This document shows, piece by piece, positions 25,497 to 41,736 of a stretch of 64,000 nucleotides of DNA. The stretch spans positions 672,001 through 736,000 of the forward strand of contig CAWKHF010000006.1 in the NCBI GenBank assembly GCA_963849325.1. The letters run 5' to 3'. The notes below the pieces were generated by a model that saw nothing but the letters and a program-made list of their open reading frames with translations, did not search any database and had not been told where the DNA came from. This DNA is from an uncultured Planctomycetota bacterium. Its GTDB lineage: Bacteria; Planctomycetota; Planctomycetia; Gemmatales; Gemmataceae. The position numbers and the translations under genes are program-made. Positions within the stretch are counted from its first letter, which is position 1. The number at the start of each line of letters is the position of its first letter.

Positions 25497-26964
25497 TCAT
25501 TCGAGGCCGTGGAGCAAGTCGTTCAGATCCTGCGGTAGTACATCGTGACGGCGGAGGACTTCGCGCCTCGTCTCTCCCAACCGGGGAGCTATGCCGACAC
25601 ATTCGATCCTCCAAGAGGTAAATTTCTCGAACGTGTCCAAGAACCGCTGAACGTGCCCTTTGAAATTATTGACGTCCGAGAGCAAGGGACCGGGAGACCG
25701 TTTGCAAGAGCCGAACCGGATCACGCGATCTTTCGTGTTGACGGCCACCAGGTCAATCTCCGTGTCCTTGCGGTCCCAGTATCCGGTGATGCGTGCGGTC
25801 AGAGGAAAATCGCCCAGGCTTTTGCGGCTCCGCTCCTCGTACAATTCCCCAACCAGTTTCTCCAAGGCATGTCCCTCGATCTCCGCCAACCGGCTGTCGG
25901 CCTCGGCGACCAGTTGCTCAAGCGGGCGAAATTCCCGAGCGGCTACCGGGTTGGCGAGCGCCGCCAGCCAGGCTTGCAAAAAGTTGTCGGTCAGATAGTA
26001 ACGGCCACGCCGTTCCTTCTCCTTGGCGAACACGGGTAGCTTTCGCTCGATCAAGCGATAGCGTTCGGTCAACGTCTTGAGATAGCCGCCGACTTGATCG
26101 GTATTATCGCCGCTTGCCTCGCGGATGGCGTTCACCAGTGCCTTGTGCGTCTTGCCCGGATGGCGGGCCACGAACTTGAGGACGACATCGTATCGGCCGC
26201 GCAGTTCCCGAAGGAACCAGTTCTCGGCCTCGGTGCGGAGGGGGGAAGAGCTTTCAAAGAAGATACGGCGGAGCAACGTCGGACGATCCGGCGCCGAGTA
26301 CCTGTTGCTCATAGCAATCGCGGTAGAACTTTGGCACCCCTTCAAACAGGGTCCAAAGGAACAGCAACCTCTCTGGGGAAGGCTCCGCGTGCTCGCCGAG
26401 GATCGCCCGCACCGAGCCGATGTCCAGGTGCGTCAGTTCCAGGGCGTCCGTAACGCGGTTGTACAGGGGAGCCGAGCGATCCTCCAACAGCGCGGCCATC
26501 TCCGTATGGATCGATCCCAGGACGATTAAACCGCCCTTCATGCGCTTGGCGTCGGCCGCCAGCCGATCTACCGCCGCTTGAAGCAAGGAGCAAAATTCGG
26601 TGAAGGTCTTTCGATTGAAATACTGGAATTCGTCGAGGATCACGACATAACCCGCTCGTGCCATCGCCTCGATCAGTTTGGCAAGGTCGGCCAGCGTGCG
26701 CGGGCGCGGAAACCGCTCCGCAGGCACCTGGAACGTGTCCAGCGCATCACAGACCGCGGACAGAACGCCGGCATCTCCGGAATCGGGAACCTGGACGTAA
26801 TAGACGGGATGAGGTTGCGAGAGAGGGAGGGCATTATTGACCAGTGTCGTCTTACCGATCCGTCGTCGTCCCGTGATCTTGACAAAAAACCAACGCTTGC
26901 GCTCCAGGATGGAACTCAGCTGCCGCAGTTCCCACTGACGTCCGTAGAATCGCCATTCCGTCAT
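25497..26964 (-). CDS. Archaeal-type ATPase with C-terminal DUF234/PD-(D/E)xK-like domain; frameshift near 26290
   Basis: FYGRQWEL, Walker A GRRRIGKT, Walker B ILDEFQY, C-terminal YWDRKDTEIDLV...GSCK. Confidence 0.8.
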
Positions 26965-26997
26965 AGCCACCTGTCTCAAGGACGTGTGCCGCGAAAT

Positions 26998-27044
26998 TAA
27001 GATAATACCGCTTTACCTAATTTAGGTAATGTCGTTTTATCTTA
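26998..27044. promoter_or_regulatory. AT-rich nested palindrome upstream of the ATPase (candidate operator)
   Basis: TAAGATAA...TTACCTAA-T-TTAGGTAA...TTATCTTA, both pairs centred on 27021. Confidence 0.55.
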
Positions 27045-27106
27045 CAAGGGGCTTGCTCGGAAGTCCTTGTATCGAAAGGCAATCAAGGCAGACGAAAAGT
27101 TGAAGC

Positions 27107-28534
<1,428 letters not shown>

Positions 28535-28587
28535 ATGATTCGGTCGGGAGAGAGGGGAGAGGATCATAATACCTTCACAAGAACCTG

Positions 28588-28674
28588 AACCACGGATTAC
28601 ACGGATAACACGGATAAAGAAAGAGAATGATCCGTCTGTCTTCTTTATCCGTGTTATCCGTGTAATCCGTGGTT
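28588..28674. repeat. Inverted 9-mer array (CACGGATWA)3 forming a perfect 33-bp stem
   Basis: Arms 28588-28620 and 28642-28674 are exact reverse complements. Confidence 0.9.
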
Positions 28675-28687
28675 GAAATAGGGGACT

Positions 28688-30938
28688 TCATTCCACGTCG
28701 AGGAACTCCGCGGAATTCAGCAACGCATGACAGAAATCCACCACGGCGGCGGCAAACGCCGCGTCGATACCGACGGGGTTTGGCTCCGGCAGGGCGCCGC
28801 GGCCCGGCCCGCCGTCGGACGCGATCAAGTGCGCCTGCCGTCGCAGAAACGTCTCGGCCGACGCCGTCTCGTCCGGCGCCCGGCTCGCGTCCGAAGGTCC
28901 GCAGGTAGGCGGCACGGACCAGCCGGTGAGCGTCCGGACCCTGCGCCGTCAGCAGGTCGCCGCCGAGGTGACGCGCCTGCGCCAGCGTGAACTCGCCGTT
29001 GAGCATGGCCAGCGATTGCGGCGCCGTGATCGTCGTCGCCCGAACCGGACAGCTATTCACGCGGTCGGGCTGGTCGAAGGCGGCGAAGAGCGGATAGGCG
29101 AAGTTGCGCTTGGCCAGCACGTAGATCGAGCGGCGGTTACGGTCCTGCGGTCGTTCGTCCGGGGTCCCAGGCGTAGCCGCTCTCCAGCACGGACGCCGGC
29201 AGCTCCGGGCAGTTGCTCGGCCCGTACATGCGCCGGTTGAGCTGGCCGGACGCTTGCAGCACGGCGTCGCGGATGGACTCCGCATCGCGGCGCTTGACGC
29301 GGGCGTGCCAGAGCAGCTTGTCGTCGGGATCGACCCGGATCGCCGTCCCGACCGTGGGGTTGCGGGCCGGCGACGACGCCTGCCGATACGTGGCCGAGGT
29401 GACGATCAGCCGGTGCAGCGGCTTGAGCCTCCAGCCCTGGCGCACCAGCTCCGTCGCCAGGTAGTCGAGCAGTTCGGGATGCGTCGGCTTCTCGCCCATG
29501 GCGCCGAAGTCGTTGGGCGTGGCCACGATGCCGACGCCGAGGTGATGCTGCCACAGGCGGTTGACGACGACACGGCTGGTCAGCGGATGGTCGGGCCGGC
29601 ACAGCCAGCGGGCCAGGTCCGCGCGGCGGAATAAGGTGTCCGGAACCTTTTTCTCGTCGCAGCACTCCGGGAAGCCTGCCTGCACGCGCTCGCGCGGCTT
29701 CTGGTAGTTGCCGGTCGCCCAGCCGATACGTCGCCGGCGGCTCGCCCTCGAGGTTCATCACACCCATCGCCACCGGCAGCGGGGCCGGCTTGATCGCGTC
29801 CAAGGCGGCGATCTTCTTCTGCAAATCGTCGTAGACGCGCGCTGTTCCTTCGACAACCGGCGGTGCGCTCGGCCCAGCCGGCGATCGACCTGCTTGCCGG
29901 CCAGGACCGCCAACTGACGTTGCAACGGCGTCCGCTTCCGGGCCGGCGTCGTCAGCGCCTGCCGCGTCTCGGCGTCGAAGGTGGCCAGCAGTTCCGCGAA
30001 AATCGCCTGGCGCGGGGCCACGAGCATGACCTCGCACCGATCCCGCAACGGCCGCGTCGCTTCCTCCCACTTCGAGAGCTGTTGTTGATAGCGGGCCCGC
30101 TCCGGCGCCGGCGCCAGCACCAGGTCGTCCCGATGCACCAGCGGCGCGAAGAAGGCTTGGAGACGATAGTAATCGCTCTGCGGAATCGGATCGAACTTGT
30201 GGTCGTGACAGCGGGCGCAACCCATCGTCAGACCGAGGAAGGTGACGCCGAACACGTCGGTGACGTCGTCGAGGATGTCCTGACGGACGGAACGGTAATT
30301 CGAGGCGTTGGTTTCCTCAGGGTGCAGACGATAGAAGCCGGTGGCGATGAGGGCGTCGGGATTGTCCGGCTCCAGCTCGTCGCCGGCGATCTGCTGGCCC
30401 AGGAAGCGATCGTAGGGCAGGTCGTCGTTGCAGACGCGGATGACGTAATCGCGGTAACGGTAGGCTTCCGGCCGCAGCTTATCGAGCTTGAAGCCCTCGG
30501 TTTCGGCATAGCGGACCACGTCGAGCCAGTGCTGCGCCCAACGTTCGCCGAAGTGGGGCGAGCGGAGCAGGCCATCGACCAGCCGCTCGTAGGCGTCGGG
30601 AGAGTCGTCGGCGAGGAAGGCGTTGCGCTCGGCCGGCGTCGGCATCAGGCCGGTCAGGTCGAAGGTGACGCGGCGAAGGAGGGTGAGCTTGTCGGCCGGC
30701 GGATTGGGCCGCAGCCCCGCCTTCTCCAGCCGGGCCAGCACGAAGGTATCGAGAGGGTTTCGCACCCAGCTCTTGAGCCGCACCTCGGGGAGAGAAGTAC
30801 GTTGCGGCGGGTCAAAGGGCCACTCGGGCGCGAGGACTCCTCCACGCCACGGCTGGGCGCGACGAATAGACCCAGGAGCAACAGAGGAATCAGACGACTC
30901 AACCAGCGACGTCGGGGGCGAACCCGGCAGCGGATCAT
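28688..30938 (-). CDS. DUF1549/DUF1553 (PSD1) protein, frameshifted
   Basis: [70 protein letters not shown]. Confidence 0.9.
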
Positions 30939-31400
30939 GGACGTAACCTATGTTCATTCAGCGATCCGCGGAGACCGCTGATTCGTCGCTTGCCACCGTT
31001 CGGACGCCTGCGCCCCTGCACACGGCCGACCGGCCAAGCCCGCTCCTCAATGAGGGAAAAACCACAAGGCGGCGACACACCGCAATCCCGGTCTTCTCTG
31101 ACAAGAGGGATCAAGCGCGGCGTGTACGCATAAAGGCGGGAGGCACTCGAGGGCGAAGGAGTCTCGGTCAGGTCAAACAACCTTTCTCCAGTGTATTGTG
31201 TCCGCCGACCGCTTGCAATGGGTTTACGGAAGAGAATGAGCCAGGAACCTTTGTGGGGCGGAGGAACGGGCGCGGATATGCCGGCGACGGGTCGTGTCCT
31301 AGGAATGCGTCGATGGGTTAACTTCCTTCTTGCTTGTCGAGTTGAACCTCAGCAATAGATGAATGAACGGGCAAGCAGACGACCGCAAGCGGAAGCGTCA

Positions 31401-31466
31401 CTTTTTCGTCGATCGGCGCGATAGATTATCGATCCTACCTCGTAAGAGAGGATGGAGAACCCGGGA
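31401..31466 (+). promoter_or_regulatory. Conserved ECF upstream motif, copy 1
   Basis: GATAGATT(31420)-N13-CGT-N9-TGGAGA; same spacing before all three ECF genes. Confidence 0.5.
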
Positions 31467-32096
31467 ATGCCCGAAGAGCCTGCAACACGGCCGAGCCTGC
31501 TCGTGCGGCTGCGCGATCACCGGGACAACCAGGCCTGGGGCGAATTCGTGGAGTTGTACGCCCCGTTGATCTACACCTACGCCCGCAAGCGCGGCCTACA
31601 GGACGCCGACGCCGCCGACCTGACGCAAAACTGTTTGCGGCAGGTGGCGGCCCACGTCGGACGCCTGGAGTACGACCCGCGGCGCGGCACCTTCCGCGGC
31701 TGGCTGTTCACTATCGTGCGCAACAAGCTGCGGGACTTCCAGCACCGGCCGCATCGGCTGTACCAGGGCAGCGGCGATCCGCACGTGCAACGCCTGCTGG
31801 AACTCCAGCCGGCCAGCGAGCCGGAGGAGAAGGCCCAATGGGAGCGCGAGTATCGCCTCGGCCTCCTGTCCTGGGCGGCGGATCAGGTCCGTCCCCAGGT
31901 TCAGGAAGCAACCTGGCAGGCGTTCTGGCAGACGGCGGTCGAGGGCAAGAGCGGCAAGGAGGTGGCCCAAGCTCTGGGCTTGACCGCCGCCGCCGTCTAC
32001 CTGGCCAAGAGCCGAGTCATGGCCCGTCTCCGCGCCGTCATCCGCGAGGTCCAGGGGGAAGAAGAACGAGCGGACCCAACCGAGCCGCGACCGTAA
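31467..32096 (+). CDS. ECF sigma factor 1
   Basis: TRPSLLVRL, AWGEFVELYAPLI, DAADLTQ, GTFRGWL, sigma4 HTH EVAQALGL..AAVYLAKSRV. Confidence 0.92.
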   Translation: MPEEPATRPSLLVRLRDHRDNQAWGEFVELYAPLIYTYARKRGLQDADAADLTQNCLRQVAAHVGRLEYDPRRGTFRGWLFTIVRNKLRDFQHRPHRLYQGSGDPHVQRLLELQPASEPEEKAQWEREYRLGLLSWAADQVRPQVQEATWQAFWQTAVEGKSGKEVAQALGLTAAAVYLAKSRVMARLRAVIREVQGEEERADPTEPRP

Positions 32097-32338
32097 CAGT
32101 AGTTTCAAGGTTGGGTGAGGGGGTAGTTGGCGAAATCGCTTGTATTCTCGGCGTTTTCTTTCGCCCTCGCCCTTGCTGACTCCTCTCCAGCCAGCGCCGA
32201 ACTTTCGGCGAGCTCGACTGTTGCAAGTCCTTCAAACAAAGCGGCTTGCAACAACACGCCGAAAGTTCGGCGCTTCAGAACCTTGAAACTACTGGTAAGG
32301 GAGCGGGAACAACCGCTCCCTTACGGTCGCGGCTCGGA
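32080..32338. repeat. Family A REP interrupted by a MITE
   Basis: Left part ends ...GACCGTAA(32096) and resumes GTAAGGGAGCGG at 32295. Confidence 0.85.
32097..32294. mobile_element. 198-bp MITE with 16-bp terminal inverted repeats and GTAA target duplication
   Basis: CAGTAGTTTCAAGGTT (32097-32112) and AACCTTGAAACTACTG (32279-32294); GTAA on both flanks. Confidence 0.85.
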
Positions 32339-32412
32339 CGGTCGCGGCTCGGACGACAGCAGGGGTTTGGTGCGGTTGCTCGAAGCGTTCTCTTCGCGCC
32401 GAGGTTTGACTC

Positions 32413-34747
32413 ATGAACTCAACAGACTGCCCCGATATCCGCAACTGGCAAGCCCTCCTGGAGGGAGAGTGGACCGAGGTCGAAGGCGAGGGTCTCGCTC
32501 ACCACCTGGCAACCTGTAGCGACTGTCAGCACACGCTGGAAGCCCTGGCTGCCGCCCCGGCCGTCTGGGAGGACACCGCCCAGGCTTTGGGGGAGCAACG
32601 TCGGAGAGAAGGGCAAGGCCCGGCCCTGCGACAGGTGGTGGAACGGCTGAAGGGGGAGAAACCCACGGCGGGCGAGGAGGATTCTATCGTTCCTTCAGCC
32701 CGCGGAGGAGCCGGACCTCCTCGGCCTGCTGGGTCCGTACCGGGTACAGGAGGTGATCGGTCGCGGCGGCATGGGCGTCGTGCTCAAGGCCTTCGACCCG
32801 GTACTGCACCGTCTCGTGGCCATCAAGGTGTTGGACCCGGCCCTGGCCGGCAGCGCCACGGCTCGGCGTCGTTTCACTCGGGAGACGCAGGCCGCCGCCG
32901 CCGTCTGTCACGATCACGTCGTCGCCGTCTACAGCGTCAGCGAGGCCGGCGGCCTGCCCTACCTGGTCATGCAGTACGTCGCCGGCGAATCGCTGCAAGC
33001 GCGCCTGGACCGCGAAGGACCGCTGGAGGCGGTGGAGATCGTCCGCATCGGCATGCAGACGGCCTCGGGACTGGCGGCGGCCCATGCCCAGGGACTGATC
33101 CATCGGGACATCAAGCCGGCCAACCTGCTGCTGGAGAATGAGGTGGCCCGCGTCAAGATCACCGACTTCGGCCTGGCCCGCATGGCCGACGACATCGGGC
33201 TGACCCAAAACGGCGTGGTGGCGGGCACGCCGGAGTACATGGCGCCGGAACAGGCACGCGGCGAGGTCGTGGACCATCGCGCCGACCTGTTCAGCCTCGG
33301 CAGTGTGCTGTACGCCTGCTGTACCGGCTCGCCGCCCTTTCACGGCTCGACGGCGCTGGCCGTGCTGTCGCCAGGTCAGCGACAAGGAGCCGGTGCCCCT
33401 CCGTTCGCTCAACCCCGACGTGCCGGCCTGGCTGGAAACGTTCATCGCTCGTCTGATGGCGAAAGATCCGGACCAGCGCTTCCAGAGCGCCGCGGAGGCG
33501 GTCGCTTTGCTGGAGGACTATTTGGCGCACTTGCGCCAACCGTTGACGGTGCCGGCTCCGGAATTGCCGACCTGTCTTCGTACCGAAAACTCAGCCGCGT
33601 CGTTCTCCAGCCTGCGGACCTGGACCATAAAGCAGCGGCTGAAATACGCCTGGCTGCCTGTCCTCCTCCTGTGCTTGGGAGGCTTGGGGCTATCGTTTCT
33701 CCCTCTGGCTGAGGTCATTCCGCCGCAACAAGAGCCGCCCGCTGCCGAATCGGGCTTGCGAGAGATCTACCAAGACTTTCGCAAGAGCCAGACGCTGCAT
33801 CCTTCGCTAAAGCTGTGGGGCGCCGAGGACAAGGCGGAGTTGAGCAGGTTCGAAGCCGAGGGCTTCCGGGTGACGTTACCCGCTCATCGGCCGGTCAACT
33901 GGCCGGTGGAGGTAGCGACGACGTTCGCCCTCTCCGGCGACTTCGAGGTCACCGGCACCTACGAATTGCTCTCCGCCACCCGGCCGGACAAGGGCTACGG
34001 GGTTGGCATTACCTTGGATATCGCCGACTCCAGGAATCGCAAGAAGTTTGCCAAGATTGCTCGCTGCCTTCTGCCGAAGAAAGGAAGCGTTTTTCAAAGC
34101 GAATATTGGGTCAATGGTCCCCACCATGACTACCGGCAGAAGACGAAGCCGACCCTGTCGCGGATCGGGAAGCTGCGCGTGGTACGCACGGGGGAGAGCC
34201 TCCGCTGCCTGGCGGCCGACGGGCTTGGCGGCGACTTCCAGGAATTCTTAGCGATAAAGCAATTTGGCAGGGATGTCATGGGCTATGCGCTTCTGGGAGT
34301 CATGGACAGCGGCAGTCCCGGCTTTGCCGTGGACGCTGCGCTTGCTGGACTTCAAGGTCCGCGCCGCCAACTTTGTTCCCAAGCCGGGCGCCACGGAACA
34401 GATTTTGGACTTCGCCACGACGCCGGAGCCAACAGTTAAACCGGCGTCAAGGAAATGGCTGGCGAGCCTGGTAATTATGATTCTGTTGCTTCTCACAGCT
34501 CTCGTAATTGTTTTGGTCGTGCGTCGCCGTCACCATTCCAGCGATTCCCTCCTACCGAGTCCTGCGCACGAAGAAAAAGTGCAGGCGAACACAGCGACGC
34601 CCTTCGTTTCTTTGCCGCTGCTCCTGCTGCGAGAAAACGCTGAAAGTCAAGGCGGAGCTGGTCGGCAAGAAGATCAAATGTCCCCAGTGCGGCCAGACTA
34701 CCGTCGTGCCGTCGCTCAAAACGACCGACTCCGGCGGCGCGAGCTGA
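32413..34747 (+). CDS. Membrane Ser/Thr kinase 1 (HxxxCxxC - kinase - TM - periplasmic domain - TM - C4 zinc ribbon); frameshifts near 32685, 33368, 34340 and 34615
   Basis: [35 protein letters not shown]; terminal CSCCEKTLKVKAELVGKKIKCPQCG. Confidence 0.85.
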
Positions 34748-34818
34748 TGCGACTCCACTCGCCAAGAGCCGTGACGAACTTACCTGCCGTCGTACTATCA
34801 TGGCGGAGCGGGAGGATT

Positions 34819-34884
34819 TTTTTTTCGTGACGGCCGCGATAGATTTCTCCTCCTGCACCGTTCCAGCAGGTGGAGACACCGGGA
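34819..34884 (+). promoter_or_regulatory. Conserved ECF upstream motif, copy 2
   Basis: GATAGATT at 34838, CGT at 34859, ATG at 34885. Confidence 0.5.
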
Positions 34885-35483
34885 ATGCCCGATGCACCCC
34901 AGACACGGCCGAGCCTTCTTCTCCGGCTGCGCGACTGGCAGGACCAGCAAGCCTGGACGCAGTTCGTGGAGGTGTACGCGCCGTTGATCTACGGCTACCT
35001 GCGCAGCGCGGCTTGCAGGATGCCGACGCCGCCGACCTGACCCAGACCTGTCTGCGTCAGGTGGCCGCCCACGTCGGAAGCCTGGAGTACGACCCACGCC
35101 GCGATACCTTTCGCGGCTGGTTGTTCACCATCGTCCGCAACAAGCTGCGCGATTTCCACGACCGGCCGCATCGGCTGTACCAGGGCAGCGGCGATTCTCG
35201 GGTGCAGCGCTTGCTGGAAAACACGACGGCCCCCGAAGCGGACGAGACCGGCGAATGGGAGCGCGAGTACCAGGCCGGCCTGTTCGCCTGGGCCGCCGAG
35301 CAGGTTCGTCCGCAGGTCCAGGAAACGACCTGGCAAGCCTTCTGGCAAACGGCGGTGGAAGGGAAGAGCGGCAAGGAAGTGGCCCGAAGTCTCGGAGTGA
35401 CGACCGCCGCGGTCTACCTGGCCAAGGGCCGGGTCATGGCCCGTCTGCGGAGCTTGGTCCGCGAGGTGCATGAAGAAGAATAA
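34885..35483 (+). CDS. ECF sigma factor 2; frameshift near 35005
   Basis: MPDAPQTRPSLLLRLRD... joins RGLQDADAADLTQ...DTFRGWL...AAVYLAKGRV. Confidence 0.9.
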
Positions 35484-35504
35484 CGCCTTTCAGAGACCTC
35501 TTTT

Positions 35505-38511
<3,007 letters not shown>

Positions 38512-38528
<17 letters not shown>

Positions 38529-38570
38529 GAGAGTGGTGCAGACACCCACTCCCTTACGGTCGCGGCTCGG
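38512..38570. repeat. Family A REP overlapping the kinase 2 stop
   Basis: CCGAGCCGCGACCGTAAG...CTTACGGTCGCGGCTCGG. Confidence 0.85.
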
Positions 38571-38657
38571 AAAGAAGGTTCGGTGACGTAGACCGGAGCG
38601 AGCAGCCGACCGCATCTCCGCCGATCCCGAGACAGACGACCGCACGCGAAAGCGTCG

Positions 38658-38723
38658 CTTTTTCGCCGATCGGCGTGATAGATTATCCACTCTGCCCGGT
38701 AAGATAGAGTGGAGAACCCGGGA
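38658..38723 (+). promoter_or_regulatory. Conserved ECF upstream motif, copy 3
   Basis: GATAGATT at 38677, GGT at 38698, ATG at 38724. Confidence 0.5.
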
Positions 38724-39356
38724 ATGCCCCCAGAGCCTGCAACACGGCCGAGCTTGCTCGTGCGGCTGCGCGATCACCGGGACAACCAGGCCTGGGGCGA
38801 ATTCGTGGAACTGTATGCCCCGCTGATCTATGCCTACGTCCGCAAGCGCGGCCTGCAGGACGCCGACGCCGCCGACCTGACCCAGAACTGCCTGCGACAA
38901 GTGGCGGCCCACGTCGGACGCCTGGACTACGATCCACGACGCGGTAGCTTCCGCGCCTGGCTGTTCACTATCGTCCGCAACCAATGCCGCAACTTCCAGC
39001 AGCAGCCACGGCGGCTGCATCAGGGCAGCGGCGATCCCAACGTGCAACGCCTGCTGGAACTCCAGCCGGCCAGCGAGCCGGAGGACAAGGCCCAATGGGA
39101 GCACGAGTACCGTCTTCGCCTACTGGCCTGGGCCGCGGAGCAGGTTCGCCCCCAGGTCCAGGAAACGACCTGGCAAGCATTCTGGCAGACGACGGTGGAG
39201 GGCAAAAGCGGCAAGGAAGTGGCCCAAACCCTGGGCTTGACCACCGCCGCCGTCTACCTGGCCAAGGGCCGCGTCGTGGCCCGTCTTCGCGCCGTCATCC
39301 GCGACGTCCAGGGCGACGAAGAAACGTTCTCTTTCCTGCGAAGGTGGGACGCATGA
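38724..39356 (+). CDS. ECF sigma factor 3
   Basis: Close paralog of ECF 1; GSFRAWL; ATGA overlap with kinase 3. Confidence 0.92.
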   Translation: MPPEPATRPSLLVRLRDHRDNQAWGEFVELYAPLIYAYVRKRGLQDADAADLTQNCLRQVAAHVGRLDYDPRRGSFRAWLFTIVRNQCRNFQQQPRRLHQGSGDPNVQRLLELQPASEPEDKAQWEHEYRLRLLAWAAEQVRPQVQETTWQAFWQTTVEGKSGKEVAQTLGLTTAAVYLAKGRVVARLRAVIRDVQGDEETFSFLRRWDA

Positions 39357-41672
39357 GCCGGATCGATTGTCCTCCGCTGGGCAACTGGCAAGCTCTCCTG
39401 GAGGGAGACCGCAGCGAGTACGAGATCGAGGGTCTGGCGCACCACCTGGAAATCTGTGGCGATTGTCGGCAGACGCTGGAGTCTTTGGCCGTCGCTCCGG
39501 CGTTGTGGGAGGATACTGCCCGCGCCTTGGGAGAGCAACGACGGCAAGCCCATCCGGAGCCGGCCCTGCGTGACGTGGTGGAGAGGCTCAAGGACGAGGA
39601 CTTTTCGAACGTCCGAAGCGGACCTGTCGTTCCTTCAGCCGGCGGACGACCCCAATCTCCTGGGTCTGCTGGGTTCGTACCAGGTACGGGAAGTGATCGG
39701 TCGCGGCGGCATGGGGGTGGTGCTCCAGGCTTTCGATCCGGAATTGCACCGTCTCGTCGCCATCAAGGTGCTGGACCCGGCCCTGGCCGGCAGCGCCACG
39801 GCTCGGCGTCGTTTCACTCGGGAGACGCAGGCCGCCGCCGCCGTCTGTCACGATCACGTCGTCGCCGTCCACGGCGTCAGCGAGGCCGGCGGCCTGCCCT
39901 ACCTGGTCATGCAGTACGTTGCCGGCGAATCGCTGCAAGCGCGGCTGGACCGCGAAGGTCCGCTGGAAGCGGCCGAGGTGGTGCGTATCGGTATGCAGAC
40001 GGCCTCGGGACTGGCGGCGGCGCACGCTCAGGGGCTGATTCACCGCGACATTAAGCCGGCCAACCTGCTGCTGGAGAACGGCCTGATCCGCGTCAAGATC
40101 ACCGACTTTGGCCTGGCCCGCATGAGCGATGACGTGGGACTGACACAGAATGGTGTGGTGGCGGGTACGCCGGAGTACATGGCTCCGGAGCAGGCCCGTG
40201 GAGAAGTGGTGGACCATCGCGCCGACCTGTTCAGCCTGGGCAGTGTGTTGTACGCCTGCTGCACCGGCCGGCCGCCCTTCCGTGGTTCGACGGCGCTGGC
40301 CGTCCTCGCGCGGGTCAGCACGGAGGAGCCGACGCCCCTCCGTTCGCTCAACCCCGACGTACCGGCCTGGCTGGAGGCGTTCATTGCCCGCCTGATGACG
40401 AAAGACCCGGCCCAGCGCTTCCCGAACGCCGCCGAGGCAGCGGCATTGTTGGAGGGCTATCTCGCGCACTTGCGACAACCGACCACCGTTTCCGTCCCGA
40501 AACTGTCCCCTCCTCTCGCCAACGCTGGTTCCCGGTCCTTGCCGCATGGCGTCGTCGAATACTTTCGCCAACATCGTTGGCTGACGGGGCTGGTTTTGTT
40601 TATCCTTCTGGGACTGGGGATGGCTTTGTGGTTCACAGCAGGTAGGGGTGCGGCGGATCCCAACGCCGGGAACGCTAGGGTGGACGCGGCCGCCCCGAAA
40701 TTACGGGTCAGGTTCCATCAAGACCTTCGCTCCGCCGACCTGAACAATTCCATCTTGCGATCGATGGGTGAAGGGATACGGTTTGAAGCTGCGGGCACGC
40801 GGATTACGCTGCCCGCCGGAGTGGTTGGGACACCTCCTGCCGGTCTCGTCACCAATGCCAAAGTCCACGGCGATTTCGAGATTACCGTCTCGTTCGAGAT
40901 CTTGAAGGCAGACCGGCCGCCAACCGGCTTCGGCGTTGGTGTAAGCCTTTACGCCGCGATCAATCCTGACGCGAACAACGCGGTCTCCCTGGCGCATCGC
41001 CTCATGCCCGACGGCAAGACCGTTTTTATCTCGAATCGGATGACGCCCGCGAAGGATGGGCTGAAACACCATGTCCAAACATTGCCGTCCACAGAAGCGA
41101 TAGGCAAGCTTCGCCTCCAGCGTGTGGGTTCGAGACTTCGTTTCCTCGTCGCCGACGGCAATCATTCGGATTTCGTCCAGGTTGACGAGGTGGAGTTCAG
41201 TCCGGAGGACGTGCGTTACGTCCAGTTCGGCGGCAACACGGGCGGATCGGCGAGCGGCCTCGACCTCCGCCTGCTCGACTTCACGCTTCGAGCGGAGAAG
41301 TTGGCGGATACGGGGGATTTCTCGCCGGACATGGCCGCCGCTGTCTCGCCGATGGCCAGGTCGAAAAAATGGTTGATCGCGCTGGCCCTCTGCATTGGGA
41401 TCTTCCTCTCGTCGGGTGCGCTGGGGTGGTGGCTCATGGTACGGCGTCGTCGCGTCGCTGAGGAGCGCATCAGCGCGGCCGTTGCCGACCAGCAGGAAGC
41501 AACCTCCGCCGCCGCGCCTCCCCTGTCCTTTCCTTGTTCCGCTTGCGGGAAGCGCCTCAAGGTCAAGGCGGAACTATCCGGCAAGAAGGTCAAGTGTCCT
41601 CAGTGCGGCAAGGTGGGGGCCGTCCCGGCGGCCGACACGTACAGGGCGGAAAAACCGGAGCCGCAACCGTAA
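39353..41672 (+). CDS. Membrane Ser/Thr kinase 3, same architecture; frameshift near 39605
   Basis: MSRIDCP...HHLEICGDC; Hanks motifs; two TMs; C-terminal C4 ribbon. Confidence 0.9.
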
Positions 41673-41713
41673 GGGAGCGGGGCGTTCTCCGCTGCCTTAC
41701 GGTCGCGGATCGG
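41657..41713. repeat. Family A REP overlapping the kinase 3 stop
   Basis: GAGCCGCAACCGTAAGGGAGCGG...CCTTACGGTCGCGGATCGG. Confidence 0.8.
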
Positions 41714-41736
41714 ATTTGTTTGACGCTGAGGTGTCC

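Noticed and set aside
29630-29652. Imperfect palindrome AAGGTGTCCGGAACCTT encoding EKKVPDTLF in DUF1553
   Set aside because: Possibly another repeat-derived insert, but short and single-copy in this window
30940-31400. Possible ncRNA or riboswitch in the divergent intergenic region (also 11360-11640)
   Set aside because: No recognisable conserved structure by eye; an Rfam/Infernal scan would be needed
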